Below are positions 27,313 to 37,068 of a stretch of DNA of 64,000 nt, one piece after another; the first letter of the stretch is position 1, and each line of letters begins with the position of its first letter. The DNA is taken from NCBI GenBank assembly GCA_951812955.1, contig OX638340.1:2336001-2400000 (forward strand), read 5' to 3'. A program made the position numbers and the translations under genes. Source of the stretch: an uncultured Gemmatimonadota bacterium (GTDB taxonomy: Bacteria > JAAXHH01). A model generated the notes under the pieces. It had not been told where the DNA came from. It searched no databases and was given only the letters and a program-made list of their open reading frames with translations.

Positions 27313-28968
27313 ATGGCGAAAGCGGTCCGCAGACCCCGTCGCGAGCAGCCGGAACCCACCTGGGGCCTGGTCCGGAAGCGCAACTACGTGGAGCGGCTCA
27401 AGCACGAGAAGGCGCCGATGGAGGTCATAAACGACATCCCGGACCTGATCGACCAGGGCTACGAGGAGATTTCGGAAGAGGACGTGGTGCGCCTGCAGTG
27501 GTACGGACTGTACCACGACAAGCCCAAGGTGGGCCACTTCATGATGCGGGTCAAGTTGCCGGGCGGCCACCTGACGCCACACAAGCTGCGCACCATCGGC
27601 CGTGTTTCCCAGGATTACGGCGGCGACTACGGCGAGTTGACCACGCGACAGAACATCCAGCTCCACGGGATGAAGCTGAACGACCTGCCCGAGATCTTCG
27701 AGACGCTCAACCAGGCCGGACTGTCCACGAGCGGGGGATGCGGGGACACCGTGCGGAACATCACGGGCTGCCCGGTCGCGGGACTGGCCGCCGATGAACT
27801 TTTCAACGCCCGTCCGGTCATCGAGGCGGCGGCCGATTTCTTCTACGGCAATCCCGATTACTGCGACCTGCCACGCAAGCACAAGATCACCATCTCCTGC
27901 TGCCCCAACCAGTGCAACGCGCCTGAAATCAACTGCATCAGCCTGATGGGGCTCGTCCGGGAGGGAAGCCCCGGGTTCGCGATCCGCATCGGCGGCGGCC
28001 TGTCCACCTGGCCCCGGCTTTCCAGCGACCTCGGCGTCTTCGTCCCCGTGGACGACGTGATCCCGGTGCTGCGCGCCATCATCGATACATGGAAAGAAGA
28101 CCTCAAGTACCGCATGTCCCGGGTCAAAGCCAGGCTGAAGTTCATGGTCGCAGACCTGGGACCGGAAGCCTATCGGGAACGGGTGGAAGCCCGCCTGGGG
28201 TACCGGCTGGCAGATGGCGCTGCGCCGGCCCCTCCGGAGACAGAGCACGACCACACCGGGATCCATGAACAGGTACAGGAAGGACGGTATTTCGCCGGCT
28301 TCCCCGTGTTCCTTGGGCTGTGCACCGGCACCCAGATGATCCGGCTGGCCGACCTGGCCGACGAATACGGCTGTGAATTCAGACTCACCCGGCGCCAGAA
28401 CGTCATCCTGACGGACATTCCCGAGGACAGACTGGAGTCCGTCACCGGAGCGGTGGCCGACATCGGCTTCCCCATGGAGGTAAACGACCTGCGGGGGACC
28501 AGCATCGCCTGCACGGGCGAGCCCTTCTGCAACTACTCCGTCGGGGAGACCAAGACCCGGATGGCGGAGATTGTCGAGCACATGGAACGGGTCTTCGGCG
28601 ACAAGGCGAAGGGCCTGCGGCTGAACCTGGACGGCTGTCCCCACGCCTGCGCCCATCACTGGATCGGCGACATCGGGTTCCAGGCCACGACGCTCCGCGA
28701 ACGGGGCGAGGGCGGCGAGCGGTTGCGGGGGTACGACCTGTTCCTCCGCGGCGGCCTGAGCGGCCAGGCCGGCATCGGACAACCGGTGCTGCGCCGCGTG
28801 CCGGCGGAGTCCGTGCACCTCTACACCGAAAGGCTCTTTCAGACTTACCTGGATCAGAAAACGGACGACGAGACCATACAACACTTCTTTCACCGCCATA
28901 GCGATGACGAGTTGACCGCGATCGCCACGGGGCTCGAAGTCGCCGCAACAGTAACAGGAGAGGAATGA
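27313..28968 (+). CDS. sir: ferredoxin-dependent assimilatory sulfite reductase (siroheme-Fe4S4)
   Basis: Cys clusters TGCPVAG, CCPNQCNAP, CTGEPFC and GCPHACA mark the nitrite/sulfite reductase hemoprotein domains. 551 aa. Confidence 0.8.
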   Translation: MAKAVRRPRREQPEPTWGLVRKRNYVERLKHEKAPMEVINDIPDLIDQGYEEISEEDVVRLQWYGLYHDKPKVGHFMMRVKLPGGHLTPHKLRTIGRVSQDYGGDYGELTTRQNIQLHGMKLNDLPEIFETLNQAGLSTSGGCGDTVRNITGCPVAGLAADELFNARPVIEAAADFFYGNPDYCDLPRKHKITISCCPNQCNAPEINCISLMGLVREGSPGFAIRIGGGLSTWPRLSSDLGVFVPVDDVIPVLRAIIDTWKEDLKYRMSRVKARLKFMVADLGPEAYRERVEARLGYRLADGAAPAPPETEHDHTGIHEQVQEGRYFAGFPVFLGLCTGTQMIRLADLADEYGCEFRLTRRQNVILTDIPEDRLESVTGAVADIGFPMEVNDLRGTSIACTGEPFCNYSVGETKTRMAEIVEHMERVFGDKAKGLRLNLDGCPHACAHHWIGDIGFQATTLRERGEGGERLRGYDLFLRGGLSGQAGIGQPVLRRVPAESVHLYTERLFQTYLDQKTDDETIQHFFHRHSDDELTAIATGLEVAATVTGEE

Positions 28969-29792
28969 CCGCCATGGACCGCCCGGAACACCTGGACTGC
29001 CTGGACAGCTCGGACCGCGACTTCCTGGATGAGTTCGAAGCCGGACAGCTTGCCATCGAGTTCGACGGGGAATCCCCCGAAGCCGTGATCGAATGGGCCC
29101 TGGACCGCTGGGGCAGGCGCGCCGGAATCTGCACCAGTTTCCAGGCGGAGGGGATGGTCCTGCTGGACATGGCGTGGCAGATCGATCCCAATATCCACGT
29201 ATTCACGGTAGACACGGGCCGGCTGCACCAGGAGACCTACGACTTCATCGACCGGGTCCGGGACCACTACGACATCGATATCCAGGTCTATTTCCCCGAT
29301 CTGCTCCAGGTGGAGAACATGGTGGGCGCCCACGGGATGAACCTGTTCTACAAGTCCGTGGAATCTCGGTTCAAGTGCTGCAACGTACGCAAGGTGGAAC
29401 CGATCCGCCGTGCCCTCGAGGGGCTGGACGGGTGGTTCACCGGATTGCGGCGCGACCAGTGGGCCAGCCGGGCGAACATCCGCAAGATCGAGATCGACCA
29501 CGACCATGGCGGCCTCGCGAAGATCAGTCCCCTGGCGGATTGGACCGAGGAAGAGGTCTGGGACTACATCGAGCTCTACGACGTCCCGAAGCACCCGCTG
29601 TATGAGAAAGGCTATACCAGCATCGGCTGTATGCCGTGCACACGAGTCACAAAGCCCGGCGAGGACTCGCGCGCGGGTCGCTGGTGGTGGGAGAAGAACG
29701 CGCCCAAGGAATGCGGGATGCATTGCCCGGTGGAGACCGGCGGCTTCGAGCACGAAATGGAAGCGCTGGTGGCCGAGGAGGCAGAAAAATGA
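28965..29792 (+). CDS. cysH: adenylyl-sulfate (APS/PAPS) reductase, thioredoxin-dependent, Fe-S type
   Basis: A KECGMH catalytic Cys motif plus CC...CxxC (RFKCCNV ... GCMPCT) for the Fe-S cluster. ATGA coupling with sir. Confidence 0.75.
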   Translation: MTAMDRPEHLDCLDSSDRDFLDEFEAGQLAIEFDGESPEAVIEWALDRWGRRAGICTSFQAEGMVLLDMAWQIDPNIHVFTVDTGRLHQETYDFIDRVRDHYDIDIQVYFPDLLQVENMVGAHGMNLFYKSVESRFKCCNVRKVEPIRRALEGLDGWFTGLRRDQWASRANIRKIEIDHDHGGLAKISPLADWTEEEVWDYIELYDVPKHPLYEKGYTSIGCMPCTRVTKPGEDSRAGRWWWEKNAPKECGMHCPVETGGFEHEMEALVAEEAEK

Positions 29793-30027
29793 GCAACTTG
29801 GCGACCGATATCAGGTGCGCAGTGATGATCGCATCCGGGGAGGCCGCGAATGAATAGTATGGCGATACGCTACCTGCGTTTATTGCGAAAGATCGTCCGT
29901 GAATCCGCATGCCGGCTCGGCGGGTCCGAAGAGCGCTTCCTGGTATCGGGATTCGAAAGCGCCGGCCAGACTTCCGTACGAAGAGTGTGGAACGATCTTC
30001 CCAAGGAAAGGACCGGACGTGCCCGAG

Positions 30028-30495
30028 ACTGAATTCGAATTGACCAGGCTCGACGAACAGGAACGGGAACTGCTGCTGGAAGCACTGGACGCCTTTACCT
30101 CTTCTCTGGCCGATACCGAATCGAAATTGCCCTACCTCGCCCTCCGCCGGGATATCGAAGAAGGCGGAGTTTCCCCCGTAAACGTCCCCTGTCTCGAGAA
30201 TCTCCTCGAACTGACCCTTCAGTCAGGCCGCGCAAGGCGGCGCCAGAGTCCCCAGGCGGAGAAGCGGCTCCTTCGGCTGTTCCATGGCACGCCTCGGGGC
30301 GGCGCCGTCAAGCAGGCGGTACGGGAAACCAACGAGGCCCTCGCATCCCTGAAGGGACAGGTCCTGGACACAGTTTCCTTCACCCCGAATACGCCGGGCG
30401 CCTACCGGCTCCTCATCGACACGGATGCGTGCCGGATCGACCTCGAGATCACGCGCCAGGGCGTGTCGGTCAAGGGCGTCGAAATCGGCATCTGA
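30028..30495 (+). CDS. hypothetical protein
   Basis: A GTG start with a good SD (AAGGAAAGG, 7 nt upstream). 156 aa, acidic and helical, with no recognised motif. It lies directly downstream of cysH. Confidence 0.35.
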   Translation, partial: TEFELTRLDEQERELLLEALDAFTSSLADTESKLPYLALRRDIEEGGVSPVNVPCLENLLELTLQSGRARRRQSPQAEKRLLRLFHGTPRGGAVKQAVRETNEALASLKGQVLDTVSFTPNTPGAYRLLIDTDACRIDLEITRQGVSVKGVEIGI

Positions 30496-30618
30496 TCTCC
30501 AGTTCGATATCCGTTCGTGCACCGCCCGAAAAAAGTTGGCGCGTCCCGCGCCGGGAGTATATTAGCCTTCAGGCAGGCGATCTTCTCCTCCAGTATAACT
30601 CCCCGAGAATGGACAACC

Positions 30619-31728
30619 ATGGGCTACCCGCACTTCGATAGCCGCAGGGTGAAGGTTAAACCCCTGGCGGAACGGGAAAGCAAGCACGGTATCGGCGAGA
30701 TCAGCGTCGATCCGGACGGTCCGCTGCTCCCGGCTTCATCCCGCCAGGCCGCACAGATCAGGACGATAGCGGACCGCATGCGCGCGGCCCGTTCCAGCGG
30801 CGCGTCCGTCATGCTGGCCTACGGCGCCCACCTCGTGAAGAACGGGCTCGCCCCTGTGGTCACGCGCATGATGGAAGGCGGCTGGATTACCCACCTGGCC
30901 ACCAACGGCGCTGGGGTCATCCACGACTGGGAGTACGCCTTCCATGGCCGTTCCGAGGAAGACGTACGCGGCCACGTCGCGAGAGGATGTTTCGGCACGT
31001 GGGACGAAACGGGCCGGCATACGGCCCTGGCGGTGCTCGCCGGCGCGGTGGACGGCCTGGGATATGGGGAATCGATAGGAAGGATGATCGTCGAGGACGG
31101 GTACGAAATCCCGGACATTGCCAAACTTCGCAAGGCGCTCGCGGACTGGTCCGGCGATCCGGAAGACGACGAGGCCATGCCCGCCCGCGCCGACCTGCTG
31201 CAGACCATCGTGCGCCACGGAATTGAGCCGGGCCGCCACGCCGTCGATCATCCACACAAGGCGTACTCGCTGACCGGGAACGCCTGCCGGCTCGGAGTGC
31301 CCCTCACCGTGCATCCTGGGATCGGGTACGATATAGTCTACACCCATCCCCTTGCCAGCGGCGGCGCCTATGGACGAGGCGGGATGATCGACTTCCAGGT
31401 CTTCGCCGAGGGCGTCTCGCGCATCGACGGCGGCGTGTTCCTGTCCGTCGGCTCCTCCATCATGGCACCTCAGGTATTCGAGAAATCCATGTCCATCGCC
31501 AACAACCTCAGGCGACAGGACGGGCTCGGACCCCTGCGGCCCTTCATCGCGGTGAACGACCTGACGGAGGAGGACTGGGACTGGAATGCCGGCGAACCGC
31601 CCATGGACAATCCGGCATACTACAACCGCATGGGCAAGAGTTTCAGCCGCATGGGGGGTGAGTTGATCTACACGGCGGCCGACAACCGGGTGTTCATTCC
31701 CCATCTCTGCCGGATGCTGAGCGAATGA
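30619..31728 (+). CDS. conserved hypothetical protein, possibly deoxyhypusine-synthase-like
   Basis: 369 aa. HLATNGAGVIHDWE and SIANNL blocks loosely resemble DHS-family segments. Unverified. Confidence 0.35.
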   Translation: MGYPHFDSRRVKVKPLAERESKHGIGEISVDPDGPLLPASSRQAAQIRTIADRMRAARSSGASVMLAYGAHLVKNGLAPVVTRMMEGGWITHLATNGAGVIHDWEYAFHGRSEEDVRGHVARGCFGTWDETGRHTALAVLAGAVDGLGYGESIGRMIVEDGYEIPDIAKLRKALADWSGDPEDDEAMPARADLLQTIVRHGIEPGRHAVDHPHKAYSLTGNACRLGVPLTVHPGIGYDIVYTHPLASGGAYGRGGMIDFQVFAEGVSRIDGGVFLSVGSSIMAPQVFEKSMSIANNLRRQDGLGPLRPFIAVNDLTEEDWDWNAGEPPMDNPAYYNRMGKSFSRMGGELIYTAADNRVFIPHLCRMLSE

Positions 31729-31801
31729 AACCAGATCCGATGACGCGTCCGGCATACGCGTCCGGGTCGCGTCCGGCATATATATATCAAATCAGGATAA
31801 T

Positions 31802-31827
31802 ATGTTGATTTTTATTTCGATCAACAT
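31802..31827. promoter_or_regulatory. inverted repeat ATGTTGAT-N10-ATCAACAT followed by TATAAT (31834-31839)
   Basis: It sits in an AT-rich intergenic stretch about 300 nt upstream of the 32127 gene. Confidence 0.35.
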
Positions 31828-32126
31828 TGACAATATAATTTTGCACTCAAATAACAACACACCGCCTACCTGTTTATTCGGGTTGCTCTATGGACCCCGA
31901 CTCGAAACGATCTGGGTGTGCCCGGCTATCAAATCGGCTGGTTCGAGCGAGCTGGCGGTGGGCGGATTTACGCTGTCCTTACCGACCGGTCGAGCGTCGT
32001 GTACCTTCCGACTAACGACGGATATGCCCTGCTGCTCAGCATCGAAGAACCAGACGCATTTCTCAGGGAATTAGGTCGCATGTAAACCGCGTTTAAGATC
32101 GCAACAGCCCATCAAGGAGACCCGAA

Positions 32127-33479
32127 ATGGAAGCCTGGATTTTTGTCCACAACCCCTTCGACAGATACCTCACCGATTTTAAGCGGATCTTCGACGCGTG
32201 GCAGGAAGGCGGCGTCACCGGCATCGTGGTGGGCTATCTCCACTTCGAGCTGGAGGACGGAACTCGGATTCCGGTCTTCGGCAGCGACCCCGCAGTGTAC
32301 CGGTCATTCGGCGTAGATCCGCCCGCAGAGACGCCCCGCGACCGGGAGAAGGAACGCCTTTTCGCCGCCATGCTCGACGACGCGGCGAACCGCGGATGGC
32401 ACATCATCACCTTCGGCGCCGGCCTGGGCGGGGGACGCCTGCCCGCGGTGGAAGATCCATACGGCGCCATCAGCCACGCCGCGGCGGTCCAGGACGCCAT
32501 GAACGCCCTGCCCCAGGCCCACGGATTCCTCATCGACGGGCCAGGGGAGCAGCACTACGAACTCGCCTTCCACCACGGAGGCGAACTCTTCGAGATCCGG
32601 CCCGGGGAGGACGAGCGATTTGGTGCGCTAGGGTATGACCTCGACCGGCTCCAAAGGGGTATCGAACACCTGAGGACGCGGTTTCACCAGTTGACACCGG
32701 CCGAAGTGCGCTATCGCGCGCCCGGCGGCATGCTGGCGGGCATGCAGCTTTTCGACATTAACGAGGATGCCCTGTACTGGCTGCGCGCACGCCGGGAAAC
32801 GGCGCTTGGATTCATGGCGGCCACGCATGAGCAGGTTGGGAAACTCAATCGGAAGGTGGAACTCGGCGGCATTCCGCGCACGGCGGCGTTCTCCTCGCTG
32901 ACCTGCCAGGACTATCACGCAATGGCCTCGTGGTTCGACTTTATCTTTCCCAAGCACTACTACTGGCACCGGGGATTCGACGGCATGTACGGGACCGTCT
33001 CCCGCTGGGTGCAGCGGCTGCGGAAATGGAACCCGTCGCTCACCGAGGAAGACGCATTCGACGTGGTCAAACTGCTCTTCGGCATCGATCTGCCGGGCGT
33101 GCGCACCCTGATGGACATGGAGATGGGGTTCTCCGACGAGTTCTTCTCCACCATCGTGTACGGGGAAACCCGCCGGGCACTGGAGGCCATCGGCGATACG
33201 GACAAGTGCATCTGCTGGGTCTCGACCGGCCGTGCGCCCCACGCGGGCGACGCCATGCCGGCCCGTGACCTGCACGGCATCTTAAGCGCCTCCAGGGAAG
33301 CCGGTCTGAAGCGCTTCCTCTTCCATCCCGATCCGGATATCGGCGCGCCCGAGTGGCATATCCTCACCAACTTCTGCGGTAATCCATGGCAGGAGTCGAA
33401 CGACGCAGTCTACTGGCCGCCCGACACGCCGAGGCTCGACTCCTTCAGTCACGGACGCAAGCCCACGCGGACCGATTAG
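32127..33479 (+). CDS. hypothetical protein (450 aa)
   Basis: A good SD (AAGGAGA). No recognised family. Possibly TIM-barrel/glycosidase-like, but unsupported. Confidence 0.35.
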   Translation: MEAWIFVHNPFDRYLTDFKRIFDAWQEGGVTGIVVGYLHFELEDGTRIPVFGSDPAVYRSFGVDPPAETPRDREKERLFAAMLDDAANRGWHIITFGAGLGGGRLPAVEDPYGAISHAAAVQDAMNALPQAHGFLIDGPGEQHYELAFHHGGELFEIRPGEDERFGALGYDLDRLQRGIEHLRTRFHQLTPAEVRYRAPGGMLAGMQLFDINEDALYWLRARRETALGFMAATHEQVGKLNRKVELGGIPRTAAFSSLTCQDYHAMASWFDFIFPKHYYWHRGFDGMYGTVSRWVQRLRKWNPSLTEEDAFDVVKLLFGIDLPGVRTLMDMEMGFSDEFFSTIVYGETRRALEAIGDTDKCICWVSTGRAPHAGDAMPARDLHGILSASREAGLKRFLFHPDPDIGAPEWHILTNFCGNPWQESNDAVYWPPDTPRLDSFSHGRKPTRTD

Positions 33480-33532
33480 GGAGCCCGTGGTACGGGCGCA
33501 GCTCAGACGCAGATCGGCCAGGGAACGAAACG

Positions 33533-34225
33533 ATGGCGCTATCGGATTTCACGGGACCGGATTACATCGACGCGTGGGCGGCGGACCTGGACCGGCGGTG
33601 GCCCGAGCGGGCGGCGATGGTGGATTGCGTCGTGCGGACGCTGGTCGAGTGGCAGGATGAACGGCGCGTACGAAATCTGCGCCAAGCGGGATCGCGCGAG
33701 AAGAAGTGTCATGCAGTGATCCGCCTCCTGGAACTGGGGATCGGCGCGGGTGGACTCGCCGAAGCCGTATTGGACGCGTTGGTCGATGCATCCGGTGAGG
33801 GGTCGCCCGATGCCGTCGAATACACGGGGATCGACATCGAGCCGGCACTGGTAAGCCATGGGAAGGAGCGGCTCATGGTGGCCGGGCACCATGACGCCCA
33901 CCTGATCCAGGCGGACCTGAAGGATGGCAACTGGATCTGCGGGAACGGCCCTTTCGACGCGGTCTACTCCCTCCAGACATTCCATGATCTCGGCGGCGTC
34001 GAAGCCCTCGAAACCGTCTACCGGCAGACCCACGGACTCCTCGCTCCGGGCGGCGTCCTGGTCAATGCGGATTTCGTCGTACCCTTCGAGAAAGACGATC
34101 CGGAACGTCCCCGGCGGTTGCCCGTCGAGACGCACCAGGACCTGCTGTCCAGCCTGGGTTACGTTGATTTCAAGTGTAAACTGCGGTTAGGAAAAATAGC
34201 GTGCATGGCGGCCAGGCGGCCGTAG
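33533..34225 (+). CDS. class I SAM-dependent methyltransferase
   Basis: Motif I LELGIGAGGL, with post-I acidic and motif II regions. The ATG at 33533 is used rather than the extended ORF start. Confidence 0.6.
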   Translation: MALSDFTGPDYIDAWAADLDRRWPERAAMVDCVVRTLVEWQDERRVRNLRQAGSREKKCHAVIRLLELGIGAGGLAEAVLDALVDASGEGSPDAVEYTGIDIEPALVSHGKERLMVAGHHDAHLIQADLKDGNWICGNGPFDAVYSLQTFHDLGGVEALETVYRQTHGLLAPGGVLVNADFVVPFEKDDPERPRRLPVETHQDLLSSLGYVDFKCKLRLGKIACMAARRP

Positions 34226-34262
34226 ACTTTCCAGGAATGACTTCTTTTATCCAGCCCTGCCC

Positions 34263-35015
34263 TCAAATCCCCAACTTCTTGCGAGCTACCGGCTCCCAGC
34301 CAAGGAGCATGCGGGCCTTGGCCATATTCATTTCCTCACGCTGCTCGTCCCCTGAGATGAAGAACACCTCGCAGCGGCCCTTGCCGGGCTGGTCGAGGAA
34401 CCTCAAGCCTGCCAGGTAGGCCTCGGCCATGTCTTCCTCGTCGGTGTAGTACAGCTTCGGATCTCCGGGTGGGTGCTTGATCCGGTCGATGTACATGGTC
34501 CGGTTGCAGGGTCCCGTGATCCGGTAGACGAGGAGGTTCATGTCATACTCGCGGGCGAAGTACCGGCAGATCCGCTCCGTTAGACCCTTGGTCAGACCGT
34601 ACACGTTCGGACCGTCCAGGGGAACCTCTTCCTCGGAAGGATACCAGGTCCGGTGCCGGTTGTGCACGCTCATGGTTCCGGTGTAGATCCCCCGCGTGAC
34701 ACCCATTTCGAAGGCGGTCAGCAACAGCACGTGATGGCCCAGGCAGTTGACGGTGTAGTTGTCGATCACCTGGTCCATGGTATGATGGCGATCGTGTCCG
34801 CCCTGGCCGCCCTTCATCGCCATGGTAATGAACCCGTCCATGCCGTCCAGGGCCTCGCGCACCGCGTCGGGATCGGTGATGGACCCCTGAATGTATTCGA
34901 TATCGTCGTTCCGGGGAGGATTGAGGTCCAGCACGCGCAGGCTATGGTGTTGCTGGAGATAGGGCGTGACGGCCGTCCCGACGAGACCGGAACCGCCGAC
35001 GAGGAGCAGGTTCAT
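34263..35015 (-). CDS. NAD-dependent epimerase/dehydratase (extended SDR)
   Basis: VGGSGLVG Rossmann motif and YGLTK (YxxxK) catalytic motif. Confidence 0.65.
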   Translation of the reverse strand: MNLLLVGGSGLVGTAVTPYLQQHHSLRVLDLNPPRNDDIEYIQGSITDPDAVREALDGMDGFITMAMKGGQGGHDRHHTMDQVIDNYTVNCLGHHVLLLTAFEMGVTRGIYTGTMSVHNRHRTWYPSEEEVPLDGPNVYGLTKGLTERICRYFAREYDMNLLVYRITGPCNRTMYIDRIKHPPGDPKLYYTDEEDMAEAYLAGLRFLDQPGKGRCEVFFISGDEQREEMNMAKARMLLGWEPVARKKLGI

Positions 35016-35026
35016 GAAGAGGACCC

Positions 35027-36430
35027 TTAGGAGGTCGCCTCGGCCTCAGCTTCGGCCCTGGGCGTGATCTCCGGTCCCCGGGGCGTGTCCTTGATATCGA
35101 AACCGGCGGCGATGATCTGATCGCGCAGCGAATCGGCATCGGCGTACCGTTTTTCCGCGCGGGCCATCCGCCGTTCCTCCGCCAGCGCCGTGATGTGGTC
35201 GGGGACGGCCGCCTCTTCCGGTTGCCACTCGGCCAGGCGCAGTCCCAGAATATCGTCGAACCGCGTGATCGTGGCTTTCTTGAGGTCGTCCGGCAGATCG
35301 CTTCGGACCAAGTCCCAGGTGACGGACATGGCGCGGGGCATGTTCAGATCGCTATTCACAACCTCGGTAAAGCGCTGCATGTAGACCTCGTCCGCTTCCG
35401 CGGCGGGATCGCCCCAGCCGTGGACCGCCAGCCGAAGCCGGTTCAGTTGACGGGCGGCGCCTTCGATGCTTTCCCATCTGAAGTTGAGCTTGGACCGGTA
35501 ACTCGCGCTCAGACAGAACAACCGGTAGACGAGGGGATCGTAACCCCGTTCGATCAGGGTCTGCACCCGCAGGAAGCCGCCGGCGGATTTCGCCATCTTG
35601 GCGTCTCCCAGTTGCAGGAAATACCCGTGCATCCAGAAGTTGGCGAGGCGCGTGCCGTGGCAGGCCTCGGTCTGGGCGATCTCGTTCGCGTGGTGCACCG
35701 AGATGTGGTCTTCGCCGCCCAGGTGGATGTCGAACCAGGGACCGAGGTACTTCGCAGACATGGCCGAGCACTCGATGTGCCATCCGGGGAACCCGACGCC
35801 CCAGGGACTGTCCCATTCCATCTGCCGTTTCTCGTCCGGCGGGCTGAATTTCCACAGGGCGAAATCGGTCACGTTGCGCTTTTCCGCCATGGCAACCCGC
35901 GCGCCGGCCTCCAGCCCCTCCACGTCCAGCCGCGCAAGGTAACCGTAACCGGGCTGCTTCGACGTGTCGAAGTAGATCCCGTCGGAAGTCCGGTAGGTGA
36001 GCCCCTTCTCTTCGATGCACTGGATCTCCCGGATCTGCTCGGCGATATGGTCGGTCGCCCGGCACCACGTATCCGGCGCCAGGATGTTCAGCCGCTGCAT
36101 GTCTTCCTTGAAGACCCCGGTATAGAACTCGGCGATCTCCCAAGCCGTCTTCCCCGCTCGCCGCGAACCTTCCTCCATTTTGTCCTCGCCGGTATCCGCG
36201 TCGGAGGTCAGGTGTCCCACATCGGTGATGTTCATCACTTGACGGACCTTGTAGCCATTGAATTCCAGCACGCGCCGCAGCAAGTCGCCGAAAATGTACG
36301 TGCGCATGTTGCCGATGTGCGGGAAATCGTAGACCGTGGGGCCGCAGGCGTAGAGACCCACCTCGTCCCGGGACAGCGGCTCGAACTCGCGGAGACTTCG
36401 CGTGTAGGTGTCATACAGGGTGAGGGGCAT
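35027..36430 (-). CDS. cysS: cysteine--tRNA ligase
   Basis: HIGN (HIGH) and KMAKS (KMSKS) motifs, plus a C-terminal DALR-like anticodon-binding domain. 467 aa. Confidence 0.8.
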   Translation of the reverse strand: MPLTLYDTYTRSLREFEPLSRDEVGLYACGPTVYDFPHIGNMRTYIFGDLLRRVLEFNGYKVRQVMNITDVGHLTSDADTGEDKMEEGSRRAGKTAWEIAEFYTGVFKEDMQRLNILAPDTWCRATDHIAEQIREIQCIEEKGLTYRTSDGIYFDTSKQPGYGYLARLDVEGLEAGARVAMAEKRNVTDFALWKFSPPDEKRQMEWDSPWGVGFPGWHIECSAMSAKYLGPWFDIHLGGEDHISVHHANEIAQTEACHGTRLANFWMHGYFLQLGDAKMAKSAGGFLRVQTLIERGYDPLVYRLFCLSASYRSKLNFRWESIEGAARQLNRLRLAVHGWGDPAAEADEVYMQRFTEVVNSDLNMPRAMSVTWDLVRSDLPDDLKKATITRFDDILGLRLAEWQPEEAAVPDHITALAEERRMARAEKRYADADSLRDQIIAAGFDIKDTPRGPEITPRAEAEAEATS

Positions 36431-36657
36431 GAAACGTGACTCCGCTGGATCTTCTCCGGCTGCCTGAATCCGTTTAGAGGTTCGTCCGGTTTTTCGTCAA
36501 TTTTGCCATGTACCAGATACGCAGGGGGACGGTCAAAGTCAAGCGGTAAAACGGTGAAATACCCATCGTCTTTGGGGTTCGATTTTAAGATTACAGTTAC
36601 TGATCCTGCTAGGATTCTGGCAAAAAGCAGACTGAAGCTACCAATAAAGAAATGACA

Positions 36658-36686
36658 TTGCACATTTATGGTGGATTCGCTATAAT
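36658..36686 (+). promoter_or_regulatory. near-consensus sigma70 promoter: TTGCAC, 17-nt spacer, TATAAT
   Basis: The -10 ends 4 nt before the toxin ATG, which implies a leaderless or very short-leader transcript. Confidence 0.45.
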
Positions 36687-36690
36687 TTAA

Positions 36691-37068
36691 ATGACTTTAA
36701 CGATACTCAAACCGATTGAATGGGTAGGCTCCAGTAAGTCCGATCTCAAAACGTTTCCAAAATTCGTTTGTGGCAGGATTGGCTTTGCGCTTTATCAGGC
36801 GCAATCAGGACTCAGGCACCGGGACGTCAAACCGCTCAAAGGGCTGGGTAGCAACGTTCTGGAGGTAATTTGCCGTTACGACGGCGATACTTTTCGGGCG
36901 ATCTACACGGCCCAATTCAGAAGAGCAATATACGTGCTGCTTGCTGTACAGAAGAAATCCAAACGCGGAAGAGCAACACCTAAACCAGAGATCGACCTGG
37001 TCAGGAGTAGGTTAAAATCCGCGGGGCAACATTACCGGACATTCTATGCAGGAGAATACGATCGATGA
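36691..37068 (+). CDS. RelE/ParE-superfamily toxin (HigB-like/Gp49-like)
   Basis: 125 aa and basic. It directly precedes, and overlaps by 4 nt (ATGA) with, an HTH antitoxin. Toxin-first order as in higBA. Confidence 0.55.
   Translation: MTLTILKPIEWVGSSKSDLKTFPKFVCGRIGFALYQAQSGLRHRDVKPLKGLGSNVLEVICRYDGDTFRAIYTAQFRRAIYVLLAVQKKSKRGRATPKPEIDLVRSRLKSAGQHYRTFYAGEYDR

Noticed and set aside
26937-27797. ORF beginning in the AT-rich leader and running into sir
   Set aside because: Its 5' half lies in AT-rich non-coding DNA containing the promoter, and its 3' half is out of frame with sir.
27292-28899. 535-aa ORF antisense to sulfite reductase
   Set aside because: Shadow ORF opposite a strongly supported gene.
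31827-31839. TTGACA immediately followed by TATAAT as a promoter
   Set aside because: The 1-nt spacer is incompatible with a -35/-10 pair. Only the TATAAT and palindrome are kept.
35027-36430. MshC (mycothiol ligase) instead of CysS, given the PIG-L deacetylase elsewhere in the window
   Set aside because: It has the full C-terminal anticodon-binding extension typical of CysS, and the deacetylase is 19 kb away in a sugar cluster.
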